A stretch of DNA of 64,000 nucleotides from an uncultured Eubacteriales bacterium (GCA_964406575.1 CAYOSH010000018.1:817-64816), one strand, 5' to 3'. Shown: positions 9,370-18,950, numbered from the stretch's first letter. A program made the numbers and translations. The notes: generated by a model not told the origin, from the letters alone.

Positions 9370-10578
9370 TTATTTGCCCGGCTGTGTCAACCGTCCCATA
9401 AAAAGGATGCTTCCCGTCCGATTATCCCTGATTAAAAATAGAAAGGGGTGGTCGGCTCTAAATTCGGGGACGACTTTGGGCGGCATTATGGATGTGATCC
9501 CCACAACAACAGCCGTTGCTGCAGCTGCCTCGGTTCCTATCTCATCCACATCGATGAAGGCCTTATGGAGTGCATCTGTGATGTGGAGTTCCTTTTTGGG
9601 CTCCATTCCGGAAAAATCGGCAGCGTCTGTAAACGCATCAATCATGCCAAGCGCCAAAAGTATCTCTTTGAGATTGAGGTTTTGGGTTGTTGTGAACTTG
9701 GGGAAAAAGACCTTGACATGTTGGCGCTCGAGGTTCGAGGTCCATTCCTTAAGTGTTTCCGCGGTGAGTTTTGATTCCAAGCCTGGCAGTCCATCCGTTT
9801 TCCGTGGAAGACAAACGATCATGGAGAGGTCTCGTTGGACATATGGCATTTCCAGAACCTGGAGGGTTTCGTTTTCCCAATAACCGAAATTGGCTTTCTG
9901 GGTCATCATCCGGACCTTGATTTTATCCTCGCCAGAGATCCAAAAATCTTGTTCTTCCGTATTATCGATGTTGAACGTGTTCTCCCATTCCGCCTTAAAA
10001 TAAATGGTATTGGTGAGAACAAGCTTCGTGAGTGTTTTAATCACTCCAGCGGGCAGGAGGTCTTTGATTTTGCCTACGGTCTTGTCCTCGACCCAATCGT
10101 TGATCTTGATTCGCGAACCTTCGGGATCTCCTTTAAAATTGAGGTTGAACAGGTTGGCTCCATAATATTTCTGGTTCAGGTCCTTAAACTCCTGAAGGAG
10201 GGCATAATCCTTTTGGACCCAGAGAGCATTGGCAATATTCAACCGGAAAGGCCTGCTTTCCTGGATCTTGTTGAAGTGGGCCTGAAGCTCATGGAAAGCA
10301 GGATGGAGCTGGCACTGGTTTAAGGAAAAATGAAGCGTTTCAGCCATCTGCTCTGCGGTTGTGTTGCGTGCACCGGCATATGTCATGGCGAACGCTGTGG
10401 AGATGCTGTAGGGAGAAAAAAAGATGTTCCCCTCTCTGGCGCAAACCTGATGGTACATATCCAGTGCAAATGCGGTGTTTCCTTGAACAAGATTTTGCAT
10501 GTTTGTATCTCCCGCTCGACTCACAAGCACACAGAAAAGAACAAGAGTAAGGATCACAAAAGTACTTGGTTTATTCAT
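9370..10578 (-). CDS. serpin family protein (inhibitory-type hinge), secreted
   Basis: 402 aa with a signal peptide. Hinge EIGTEAAAATAVV and FRADHPFLFLIRD..ILFMGRL are serpin signatures. RBS AGGTGAGGA lies upstream of the ATG at 10578. Confidence 0.92.
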   Translation of the reverse strand: MNKPSTFVILTLVLFCVLVSRAGDTNMQNLVQGNTAFALDMYHQVCAREGNIFFSPYSISTAFAMTYAGARNTTAEQMAETLHFSLNQCQLHPAFHELQAHFNKIQESRPFRLNIANALWVQKDYALLQEFKDLNQKYYGANLFNLNFKGDPEGSRIKINDWVEDKTVGKIKDLLPAGVIKTLTKLVLTNTIYFKAEWENTFNIDNTEEQDFWISGEDKIKVRMMTQKANFGYWENETLQVLEMPYVQRDLSMIVCLPRKTDGLPGLESKLTAETLKEWTSNLERQHVKVFFPKFTTTQNLNLKEILLALGMIDAFTDAADFSGMEPKKELHITDALHKAFIDVDEIGTEAAAATAVVVGITSIMPPKVVPEFRADHPFLFLIRDNRTGSILFMGRLTQPGK

Positions 10579-10839
10579 TTATCCTCACCTGATGCCTAAT
10601 TTTTACTATTTCTATTATTACGCGATTCTGTTCAAAAAGGAAGTCCTATTCAGCGAACCGAAGCGGAGAATTCTCTTGCTCATGTCAGCTTTGACCCACT
10701 TCTGCCAGATTCGAACAGAAGACTCTTCAAGGACAACTCGATAAACGACGCCCTGATAGACTTGAGGTTTTTGTTCGGCTCCTCTGTGTTCAGCGTCCTT
10801 AACTCGTATTCGAGAGCGGGAATGATCGGATAATTGATG

Positions 10840-13125
10840 TTATTTGATTTTTCTGACGGGAGTTTCTCTGCCGCCGTCGTAGAGAATGAGACCAGTAACC
10901 TTTCCTCCCTCTTCATTTGTAAAAGTGATCTGGGCATCCACAACCTTGAAAAAGAACACTTCGGTTGATTCGGGAAAGATCTCAACCCTCTTTTGGCCTG
11001 CATTTTCAGCATAAAGATGTCCATTCTTTTGAGTGATCGTGATGATGAAGTCGTACCTCAGTTCATACTGGCCGACATAATCTTTGAGGATGCCGGGATC
11101 TATGGATATAGAGGGCCTGTTGAAAAAGGGATTCTCCATGTACCTTTTAGCTTTGTCAAAAAAAGATGGGAAACGGGAATCTGGCCCCATGTCGATGATC
11201 TTGCAATAACAGTCCAGAGCCTCTTTTCGCTTTCCGAGAAGGTCGTTAGAAACCCCCTTCCTCAGATAGATCATCTGCATCAGTTGCTCGGGCGGCCACG
11301 GGATCATGCGGAAATCCCTGTCTCCTTCGAGAGCTTGATCGAAATACTGTATGGCGGCCTCATAATGTCCCTGAAAGTATGCCGAGTTTGCCTTCTCAGT
11401 CGCTGCCCATGTGGATTGTGGATTCAGCTCGAGAGCTTTGTCCAGGAATATCTCACCCTCTTTGTATTGTCGATTCGCCAGCAGTTTTCGTCCTTTCGCT
11501 GCGTAGACCCAGACCTTGATGTGGTCATCCCAGCGCAGGACTTTGAATTCGGGGTCCAGCAAGATCTCATCGGGTTTGTAAGGAAGGTTGAAGCGGAAAG
11601 AGCTCCTCTTGTGCTCCACTAACTTCTGGAAGGTTTCAGAGGATCGATCCTTCAATGCAACGATCTCGATAGGCATCCGGAATTGCGCTTGACTCTGATT
11701 GATACTCAATGTGATCTCGCATTCCTCTGAATCTGTCGGAGCTATTGCATATTCGAGCTGGTAATCGGGGATGCCTGTCCCATAGACCCACTGGTCGAAA
11801 AACCATGTCAGGGATTTTCCATAGGCTTCTTCGGCTAATCCTTTTAAATCACTTATTCCGGCGGGCTGAAGATGAAACTTATCGATGAATTCTCTCAGCA
11901 TACCAAAGAACTGCTCATCTCCCATGATGTGACGGAGCATGTGGTACACATAAAATCCTTTGGCGTACAGATAATCTCCTCCACTTTCCAGCGTGAAGAA
12001 TTTTGTGATCGGCACGAGCTCTTCACCCGAAAGGGCGATCATCCTCTGCATCTCGAGGTCAGTGCGGAATTGGTCCTCTCCTGTCTTTGATCGGATGTAT
12101 GTTCTGGCCATGTATTCTGCGGGAGCCTCGATGACAAAGCAGTAGTCCTCTGGCGACTTTGGCCTCACCGCTCCCCCGAACCAGTGATGGGCCAGCTCAT
12201 GGCTCCAGGTCCAATCGGAATACGCATATTTTTGGGTGAATTCATCAAAGTCGAAATAGGTAAGTCCCTCGAGCCCTACGGGATTCATCTTTGCTTTAGC
12301 CGTCACGATATTGAGGGTGGGATAGGGATATGGGCCCAGGAGTTTTTCGTAGAATTGTATGATCTCCTCAGCCTTTTCAGCTCCTGCTCGAGCAAGAACA
12401 GGGCTGTCATCATCCATGTAAACATCGATCCTGCGTTTTCCGTATCGCTGGGTGTGGCGGTGGAACGGACCCGCGAAGACAAAATAGTAATTTGAGGCTC
12501 CGAAACTCCGCCATCGGGATGTTTTTTTGTTGCCTTTGACTTCAGATGAGATCTCTTGTCCGCTGGTAATGATCTCGTAGTCTTGAGGCACTGTGAAGGT
12601 AAAATCTGCAGGAGCTTGATCTGTGTAGTAATCATTCACCGGGTACCATTTCCACATGAAGAAATAATTGCCTTGGAGGGATTCAATCTTTGTCTCAGGG
12701 AGATCGGCTCCACTCAAGAGTAAAGGAAAGTCACAAAAATAATCGAACTCGATCTTCGCTTCTTTTCTTGCCTTGAGGTACCAGGGTATGGAAACAACCA
12801 CATAATCGGCGTCTTGAGGTTGATTGAATTTGAGGTACTGACCGTTCTTGGCCCTCACACTCTTGATCCTGGCCCGGCGGTCGATCTCGAAAACTCCATA
12901 GTCATACCCTTTGTCGATGAGTTCGAATTCGACGACAGCTTTGGCCTTCACGACGGAGGTGTTGGATTTGAGCTCAGCCTGGAGTTCATATCGTGTGATG
13001 TTGATATTCGGGAACTGTTCCATTCCCGGCACATAATCGCTTTGTGGGAATACTTTTGGACTCAAAACAATCAGCATACAAGTCCATACAATAAGGAGGA
13101 TCACAACCTTCTGGAATTTCACCAC
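10840..13125 (-). CDS. M1 family metallopeptidase with TPR-like and C-terminal beta domain, secreted
   Basis: 761 aa. Gluzincin site HELAHHWFG..IEAPAEY. N-terminal signal peptide. TPR-like segment (ALELNPQS..YFQGHYEAAIQYFDQAL). Confidence 0.9.
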   Translation of the reverse strand: MVKFQKVVILLIVWTCMLIVLSPKVFPQSDYVPGMEQFPNINITRYELQAELKSNTSVVKAKAVVEFELIDKGYDYGVFEIDRRARIKSVRAKNGQYLKFNQPQDADYVVVSIPWYLKARKEAKIEFDYFCDFPLLLSGADLPETKIESLQGNYFFMWKWYPVNDYYTDQAPADFTFTVPQDYEIITSGQEISSEVKGNKKTSRWRSFGASNYYFVFAGPFHRHTQRYGKRRIDVYMDDDSPVLARAGAEKAEEIIQFYEKLLGPYPYPTLNIVTAKAKMNPVGLEGLTYFDFDEFTQKYAYSDWTWSHELAHHWFGGAVRPKSPEDYCFVIEAPAEYMARTYIRSKTGEDQFRTDLEMQRMIALSGEELVPITKFFTLESGGDYLYAKGFYVYHMLRHIMGDEQFFGMLREFIDKFHLQPAGISDLKGLAEEAYGKSLTWFFDQWVYGTGIPDYQLEYAIAPTDSEECEITLSINQSQAQFRMPIEIVALKDRSSETFQKLVEHKRSSFRFNLPYKPDEILLDPEFKVLRWDDHIKVWVYAAKGRKLLANRQYKEGEIFLDKALELNPQSTWAATEKANSAYFQGHYEAAIQYFDQALEGDRDFRMIPWPPEQLMQMIYLRKGVSNDLLGKRKEALDCYCKIIDMGPDSRFPSFFDKAKRYMENPFFNRPSISIDPGILKDYVGQYELRYDFIITITQKNGHLYAENAGQKRVEIFPESTEVFFFKVVDAQITFTNEEGGKVTGLILYDGGRETPVRKIK

Positions 13126-13303
13126 CTAACTCTTCCAATCAAAATATGCAGTTATTTTTCTTTGCTGTCAAATTCTGCATCTATCTTTTCTTGTTTAAAG
13201 TGAAAACCACTCAAATTTTTCCTGTGTGATGAAATCGCTGATCACTGTCGAAATGGATTTCTTTGTTCTTTGGTGATATAACACTTAGTGTTGGAGTAAA
13301 TTT

Positions 13304-13357
13304 TCTGTATTTTGAACCAATTATCTGTGTTTTGACATGAAATAATCTGTGTTTTAA
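13304..13357. promoter_or_regulatory. three direct repeats TCTGT(A/G)TTTT(G/A)A spaced 20 and 22 nt
   Basis: TCTGTATTTTGA at 13304-13315, TCTGTGTTTTGA at 13324-13335 and TCTGTGTTTTAA at 13346-13357. They sit in the 430-bp divergent intergenic region between the M1 peptidase and the APC permease. Confidence 0.35.
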
Positions 13358-13554
13358 ATCGGAAAGGATTGTAAAAAAATAGAGATAAGTGAACGCTTCA
13401 TGACTCAAAATGCACGGGCTTTTATACCGATTAAGATAAAAAACAAGATAGCGAATTCAACGAAAAAAACGCCGCAAAAAATAGAACCTAATGCGGAGTA
13501 GGATATAAGAATGTCCTATCAACTCGAAGAGAAATATATCTGAATATTTAGGAT

Positions 13555-14889
13555 ATGCGCGATAGAACGATCCCAGAGCTAAAGAGGGCGATCGGGCTCC
13601 CCCATGCGACAGCTATGGTGGTCGGCATCATCATCGGCGCCTCGATATTTGTCCAGCCTTCTGAGATCACAGGACAGGTTCCTTCTGTGTCCGGAGTGTT
13701 TCTCGTCTGGCTGATCTCTGGAATGTTGACATTTTTCGGAGCACTGGTATGTGCAGAGCTGGCCTCAATATTTACCGAAACCGGTGGGGTTTATGTGTAT
13801 TTGAAAGAGGCCTATTCTCCATCTGTAGGATTTCTGTGGGGATGGGCCATGTTCTGGAGCATGCATTCAGGAATAATTGCAGCGATTGCCGTTATTTTCG
13901 CCCGTTATGTCGCTTATTTTTTCCCAACCGGAGATCCGGGAATAAAGGCCATCGCTATCGCTGTCATCTTGATACTCTCGATGATCAACTATCTCGGAGT
14001 CAAGCAAGGGAGCAGGCTTCAGCTGCTCTTTACTCTAGGTAAAGTTGTGGCGATCGTTTTTATCATTAGCGCCGGCTTTATCTTGGGATCGCGCGTGTCG
14101 GAACATTTTGTGGCCGGGAGCCTCGCCGACCAGACCGTTTCCCTTCATAGCTTTTTTCTCGCGTTGGTTGCCGGACTTTTTGCCTTCGGGGGGTGGCACA
14201 TGGTCACCTACAATTCCGAAGAGACCATCGATCCTCAAAAGACGATTCCTAGAGCTCTGATGCTGGGCACCCTAATCGTCACTCTGTGTTATATCGCGAT
14301 GAATGCCGTGTACATGTATGTGTTGCCCCTTGACCGGGTCGCTTCCTCCACACGGATCGCGGCCGATGCTGCGAACGCTTTGATCGGGTTCGGAGGTGGC
14401 GCTTTTCTATCGAGCTTGGTCATCTTTTCGACATTCGGGGCCTTGAACGGGATCATTCTCTGTGGCCCTCGGGTATACTATTCGATGGCTCAAGACGGTC
14501 TCTTGTTTCGGTGGATCGGTGATATCCATCCCCGGCACCGGACCCCCCACAAAGCCATCTTCCTACAAGCTCTATGGTCTTCTGTCCTTGTGGCCACCGG
14601 CACTTACCGGGCACTATTTACCCGCGTTGTCTATACGGAGTGGATCTTCTTTGCGCTTATGGCTTTTGGTTTATTCTTGTTTCGACGACGGCCGGGCATT
14701 ATCCGCGGTTTCAAAATATGGGGATATCCGGCGGTCCCGGCCATTTTTATCGTTTTTTCTCTGTCCATAGTGGTCAATCAGCTCGTTTCTGATCCTAAAG
14801 AAAGCCTGTTCGGGCTATCCATTGTTTTATTGGGCGTGCCTGTGTATTATCTTTGGGTGAATAAGCGTACAAAGGAGAGGAAATTATGA
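13555..14889 (+). CDS. APC family amino acid permease
   Basis: 444 aa, about 12 TM helices. The N-terminal motif GLPHATAMVVGIIIGASIF is typical of the APC superfamily. Confidence 0.9.
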   Translation: MRDRTIPELKRAIGLPHATAMVVGIIIGASIFVQPSEITGQVPSVSGVFLVWLISGMLTFFGALVCAELASIFTETGGVYVYLKEAYSPSVGFLWGWAMFWSMHSGIIAAIAVIFARYVAYFFPTGDPGIKAIAIAVILILSMINYLGVKQGSRLQLLFTLGKVVAIVFIISAGFILGSRVSEHFVAGSLADQTVSLHSFFLALVAGLFAFGGWHMVTYNSEETIDPQKTIPRALMLGTLIVTLCYIAMNAVYMYVLPLDRVASSTRIAADAANALIGFGGGAFLSSLVIFSTFGALNGIILCGPRVYYSMAQDGLLFRWIGDIHPRHRTPHKAIFLQALWSSVLVATGTYRALFTRVVYTEWIFFALMAFGLFLFRRRPGIIRGFKIWGYPAVPAIFIVFSLSIVVNQLVSDPKESLFGLSIVLLGVPVYYLWVNKRTKERKL

Positions 14890-15866
14890 CCATCATCGAT
14901 TGTCACAATCATTTTTATCCGCCGCAGTACCTCGAGGCGATACAATCCGGTCCGAGCAATGTGAAGGTGACCTTTGATCGGGGCAACAATCCTCTCCTTC
15001 ACTATCCAGGGGATTACAACATCGTGGTGCCGGAACACAGGGATATCGATCGACGGGCAGAGGTTTTAGAGGAGGTCGGTGTTGATAGACAAGTGTTATC
15101 CTTTACGACACCGGGTGTGCATATCGAATCCCCTGAGCGGGCGGCTGAGCTTGCACGGTTGGTGAATGATAGTTTTGCGGAGATAGCAAAGCATTACAGA
15201 GACAGATTTTCTGCGTTCGCCACCCTTCCTCTGAACGATCCTGATTCGTCTGTCGCGGAGATGGAGCGTGTGTTTACTGAGCTCGGGTTTAAAGGTGTAA
15301 CTCTTCACAGCAATGTCAATGGCATAGAGTTGAGTGATAAACGCTTTTGGCCCCTGTTCGCAAAAGCCAATGAATTGGGCGCTGTCATGGATATTCACCC
15401 GTCATTTCCAGTGGGCGTAGAAGCGATGACCGATTACTGGCTTATGCCATTGGTGGGATTTCCCTTTGACACGACATTAACTGCGGCGAAACTGGTCTTC
15501 AGTGGGCTCGTTGAACGTTTCCCTAAGATCAAGTGGATCCTCGGACATCTCGGTGGCGCCATTCCGTATCTTGCCGAAAGGTTGGACAGGGGATTTTATG
15601 CGTTTAAGGAATGCCGGGAGAACATCAACAAAGTCCCCAGTGAATACCTTAAAGAATTTTATTACGATACGGTCAATTTTGATACGAAAGCCCTTAGTCT
15701 TGCCATAGACTTTGCGGGTGCCGATCATTTGGTGGCAGGGAGTGATTACCCTCACCAGATCGGCAGCCTGACTAAGATGAAAAGCAGTATCGAGGAACTG
15801 GATATCTCAGACCAGGAAAAATCTGCGATTTTTGGTGGAAATGCCGCTCGTCTGTTAGGGCTCTAA
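14886..15866 (+). CDS. amidohydrolase-2 family protein (ACMSD-like metal-dependent hydrolase/decarboxylase)
   Basis: IIDCHNHFYPPQY at the N-terminus, plus ..GHLGGAIPY.. and ..AGSDYPH. ATGA overlap with the permease. Confidence 0.85.
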   Translation: MTIIDCHNHFYPPQYLEAIQSGPSNVKVTFDRGNNPLLHYPGDYNIVVPEHRDIDRRAEVLEEVGVDRQVLSFTTPGVHIESPERAAELARLVNDSFAEIAKHYRDRFSAFATLPLNDPDSSVAEMERVFTELGFKGVTLHSNVNGIELSDKRFWPLFAKANELGAVMDIHPSFPVGVEAMTDYWLMPLVGFPFDTTLTAAKLVFSGLVERFPKIKWILGHLGGAIPYLAERLDRGFYAFKECRENINKVPSEYLKEFYYDTVNFDTKALSLAIDFAGADHLVAGSDYPHQIGSLTKMKSSIEELDISDQEKSAIFGGNAARLLGL

Positions 15867-15889
15867 AAGGCAAGATTTTTTCTCCAAAC

Positions 15890-15914
15890 GGTCCGTTCGG
15901 GGAACAGCCCCTAC
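15890..15914 (-). repeat. REP-like 25-nt hairpin element (reverse orientation)
   Basis: The reverse complement reads GTAGGGGCTGTTCCCCGAACGGACC. It has the same length and layout as the other copies: 5' GTAGG, 9-bp stem, CCC loop. The stem has one mismatch and one G.U pair. Confidence 0.6.
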
Positions 15915-16024
15915 AAAAAAACGCCGTTTCTATTTTCGCTGTATTTCAGATTAAAGTTTGACATTCAGGATACGCTTTAATAAAAGGTAGAGGAACACAA
16001 ACAACACCGTCTGAGGAGGCTATC

Positions 16025-17767
16025 ATGAGAGCGCATAAAAATTTTCTGTTCGCTTCGCTTCTGCTTATGCTGTTTCTGGGATATGGCTCGATCTTTCTCG
16101 GCTCTTATTCTGTGCGGACTGCAGAGCTCAATCATTCAGATCCGTCCTACGATGTGCTCATCTTGAACGGGCGTGTGGTGGACGGCACGGGCAATATCTG
16201 GTTCTACGGAGATATCGCCATCAGGGGCGATCGCATCGTTCGCATCACTCCCGCAGGCCAGCTCAAAAATGCCCAGGCAAAAGAACGTTATAATGCCACC
16301 GGTTTGGTCGTTTCTCCTGGATTTATCGATATCCAAAGCCACTCTCGAGGCGCCTTTCTCAGCGGAGACGGGCGTGTTGTCAGTAAGGTGACCCAGGGCA
16401 TCACAACGGAGATTATGGGCGAGGGATGGACAAATGCTCCTGCGAATGAATTAACACTCGCCATCGAAGGAGATCCCAGCCCCCGGATGAAGGAAATCAT
16501 CAAAGAGTTCGGTGGCACCCATGGTTTTAACAACTGGCTGGAGGCGATGGAGAAGCATGGGACTTCGCCGAACATCGGCTCTTTTCTTGGAGCAACCACT
16601 GTACGGATGTATGCCAAGGGCATGGCTTTGGGAGCACCTTCGCCTGAGGAGCTGGAGACCATGCGGAAGGTCACAAAAAATGCCATGGAAGATGGCGCCT
16701 TCGGCCTTGCCTCTGCCCTGATCTATCCCCCGGGGAACTTTGCCACCACAGAAGAACTCATCGAGATCTGCAGGACGATGGCCCCTTACGGAGGTGTTTA
16801 CATCACACACCTGCGCTCAGAAGCAGATAAGTTTATCCACGGCATCGATGAGGCCATTGAGATTGGTCAAAAATCAGGTGTCCCTATCGAAATCTATCAT
16901 CTCAAAGCAGCGGGGCGCAGAAACTGGCACAAGATGCCTTTAGCCATTGCCCGTATCGAAGCGGCAAGGGCTGAAGGTCTGGATATCGGTGCCGATATGT
17001 ACACGTACATCGCCGGCAGTACGGGGCTTGCGGCATGCATGCCCCCATGGGCATCCGCCGATGGGAAGCTTCTTGAAAACCTTAAAAATCCAGAGATGCG
17101 GGCAAAGATCCACGATGAAATCCTCAACCAAAAAACAGAGTGGGAGAATCTAGGTCAGTTGGCCACTCCAGAAAATGTCTTGATCCTCGGTTTTAGGAAG
17201 GAGGAGAACCAAGAGTATGCTGGCAAACGGCTGTCAGAGATCGCTGAAAAGATGGGGAAAGACTGGGTGGACACAGCCATCGATCTGCTGCTGTCCGAGG
17301 GCCAGGACATAGGCACCATCTACTTCATGATGACCGAAGAAAACCTTGCCCTTCAGATGCAACAGCCTTGGATCAAATTCGGGACCGATGCCGGCGGACA
17401 TGATCCGGAAAAAACGCAGGTTCTTGTTCATCCTCGGGCCTATGGGACATTCACCCGCATTCTTGGCAAATATGTGAGAGAGGAGCGCGTTCTGCCCCTT
17501 GAAGATGCAATAAGGAAGATGAGCTCAGCCGTGGCCCATAGGCTTTTTATAAGAGATCGTGGCCTGCTCCGCGAAGGCTTCTATGCCGATATCACGATCT
17601 TCGACCCGAACACCGTCAGCGACCGCGCGACATTCGAGAGCCCACACCAACTTTCCGAAGGCGTGCGCCATGTCTTCGTCAATGGGACTGCCGTCGTGAA
17701 AGATGGAAAACACACCGGTGCTAAACCCGGGCGCATCGTCCGTGGTCCGGGTTACACCAAAAAATAA
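16025..17767 (+). CDS. N-acyl-D-amino-acid deacylase (D-aminoacylase) family, with signal/anchor
   Basis: 580 aa. DVLILNGRVVDGTGN..GDIAIRGDRIVRI and GFIDIQSHS are metal-binding amidohydrolase motifs. C-terminal ADITIFDP..V..GV.HVFVNG. Hydrophobic N-terminus. Confidence 0.9.
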   Translation: MRAHKNFLFASLLLMLFLGYGSIFLGSYSVRTAELNHSDPSYDVLILNGRVVDGTGNIWFYGDIAIRGDRIVRITPAGQLKNAQAKERYNATGLVVSPGFIDIQSHSRGAFLSGDGRVVSKVTQGITTEIMGEGWTNAPANELTLAIEGDPSPRMKEIIKEFGGTHGFNNWLEAMEKHGTSPNIGSFLGATTVRMYAKGMALGAPSPEELETMRKVTKNAMEDGAFGLASALIYPPGNFATTEELIEICRTMAPYGGVYITHLRSEADKFIHGIDEAIEIGQKSGVPIEIYHLKAAGRRNWHKMPLAIARIEAARAEGLDIGADMYTYIAGSTGLAACMPPWASADGKLLENLKNPEMRAKIHDEILNQKTEWENLGQLATPENVLILGFRKEENQEYAGKRLSEIAEKMGKDWVDTAIDLLLSEGQDIGTIYFMMTEENLALQMQQPWIKFGTDAGGHDPEKTQVLVHPRAYGTFTRILGKYVREERVLPLEDAIRKMSSAVAHRLFIRDRGLLREGFYADITIFDPNTVSDRATFESPHQLSEGVRHVFVNGTAVVKDGKHTGAKPGRIVRGPGYTKK

Positions 17768-17797
17768 TTGACATCAAATTTTTGTCTGTGATATAAG
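17768..17797 (+). promoter_or_regulatory. sigma70-like promoter TTGACA-N18-TATAAG
   Basis: TTGACA at 17768-17773 and TATAAG at 17792-17797 (or ATATAA with N17). It starts immediately after the D-aminoacylase stop, about 130 nt upstream of the DUF5658 start. Confidence 0.45.
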
Positions 17798-17811
17798 GGG
17801 CAGGCAAGGTC

Positions 17812-17830
17812 GCAGTCATTTTATGACTGC
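17812..17830 (+). other. perfect 8-bp hairpin in the predicted leader
   Basis: GCAGTCAT-TTT-ATGACTGC, about 15 nt downstream of the -10 box. Confidence 0.4.
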
Positions 17831-17928
17831 CAGGGAGCAGTTGAGAACGATGAGCGGGGCATGTTAAAAATCTAACTGAAAATCACCTGCGCCGTTTCAT
17901 CAAATTTATCTTATTTTTCTCGGGAGCC

Positions 17929-18411
17929 GTGTTGAACAACAGGCGCACACACCAAGACCGGCGACTCGTATCAACCAAACCCTTAAGCCTCTATACGTTG
18001 CGAGGGCGACGAAAAAATGCACGCCGCGCAGAGGATGCAGAAAATTACTACGTCGATCGATATGAAACCCGCTATCTTTTCTTGATCATTATGATCCTGA
18101 CCTTGTGCTTTTTTGATGCGTTCTTGACGTTTATGTTGCTCCAATTGGGGGCTGTGGAACTGAATCCATTTATGTTGATATTCATAGAGAAGGATGTCGT
18201 TCTCTCGATGGTCGTGAAATATGTGATCACTGCCATCTCGTTGATTTGTATTCTGATCCATAAGAGTTTCCGGATCTTTCGAAATATCCGTGTTCATTCC
18301 CTTATTTATTTTGTGCTGACCCTTTATGCGGTGCTGGTGCTTTTTGAGGTTTTTTCTTACGCCAAAATTGTGGGATTAGAATTAGAGATTTTAAGTTTTG
18401 TCGCTAATTGA
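17929..18411 (+). CDS. DUF5658-like membrane protein with Arg-rich N-terminus
   Basis: GTG start. N-terminal NNRRTHQDRRL..RGRRKNARR is followed by 4 TM helices. FDAFLTFMLLQLGAVELNPFM matches my recollection of DUF5658. Confidence 0.7.
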   Translation: MLNNRRTHQDRRLVSTKPLSLYTLRGRRKNARRAEDAENYYVDRYETRYLFLIIMILTLCFFDAFLTFMLLQLGAVELNPFMLIFIEKDVVLSMVVKYVITAISLICILIHKSFRIFRNIRVHSLIYFVLTLYAVLVLFEVFSYAKIVGLELEILSFVAN

Positions 18412-18426
18412 TAAATTCTGTTTTCG

Positions 18427-18768
18427 CTAAAACCAGATCAATTCGTTTTTGCTGTAGAAGTTCCTCATCTTGGCTTCAAGATCGTTAGCTTTCTGGATCG
18501 CAGCTTCATCTTTGAGACGACGTTTCAGGTTGAGTAGAGCGTCCTTTGTGGACCTCACCTTCCCGATGGCAGCATCCGCATCCGATATCGAGGCCATCCC
18601 CAGTCCCCCTGCTTGGCGGACAGCCTGCAAATACTCTTCGACAGCGGCATCAAACTTGTTTTCAACCGCTTGGACTTCTTTTTCTTCACTGGTGAGTGGC
18701 TTGACATACTTAGTATATCCGAAGTACCCTACGGCCCCCAGTATGAGAATCCAGACTAAGCCTTTCAT
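18427..18768 (-). CDS. hypothetical N-terminally anchored coiled-coil protein
   Basis: ATG at 18768 is preceded by AGGAGAGAGAGA. One TM helix (LVWILILGAVGYFGY), then a helical, charged region. Confidence 0.6.
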   Translation of the reverse strand: MKGLVWILILGAVGYFGYTKYVKPLTSEEKEVQAVENKFDAAVEEYLQAVRQAGGLGMASISDADAAIGKVRSTKDALLNLKRRLKDEAAIQKANDLEAKMRNFYSKNELIWF

Positions 18769-18950
18769 TCTCTCTCTCCTACTATTTCGTTTAAGCAAGA
18801 AAAAGCAAACATGTTGACCATTCTAACCTTTTCATGATGCAACACCCTTCTATGACCGACAATCCCCTTTTTGGGTAATATTAAGGGTGATATTTGGATA
18901 TCAATTTTCACCCCCCCGCGTGATGAATCTGGTGTATTGTTCATAACCGA

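Noticed and set aside
9341-9883. 180-aa ORF on the plus strand
   Set aside because: It is antisense to the serpin gene, and the serpin frame carries the diagnostic hinge and FxADHPFLF motifs.
10707-10716. tRNA T-loop-like AGATTCGAAC
   Set aside because: No flanking acceptor or anticodon stem complementarity is present, so this is an isolated chance match. No tRNA was found anywhere in the intergenic regions I inspected.
10993-11622. 209-aa ORF on the plus strand
   Set aside because: It is antisense to the M1 peptidase gene (HEXXH-containing frame on the minus strand).
17797-17928. c-di-GMP or other riboswitch upstream of DUF5658, prompted by the nearby HD-GYP gene
   Set aside because: I could not align the leader to the GEMM-I/II or any other riboswitch consensus I remember. 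It is kept only as an unclassified structured leader.
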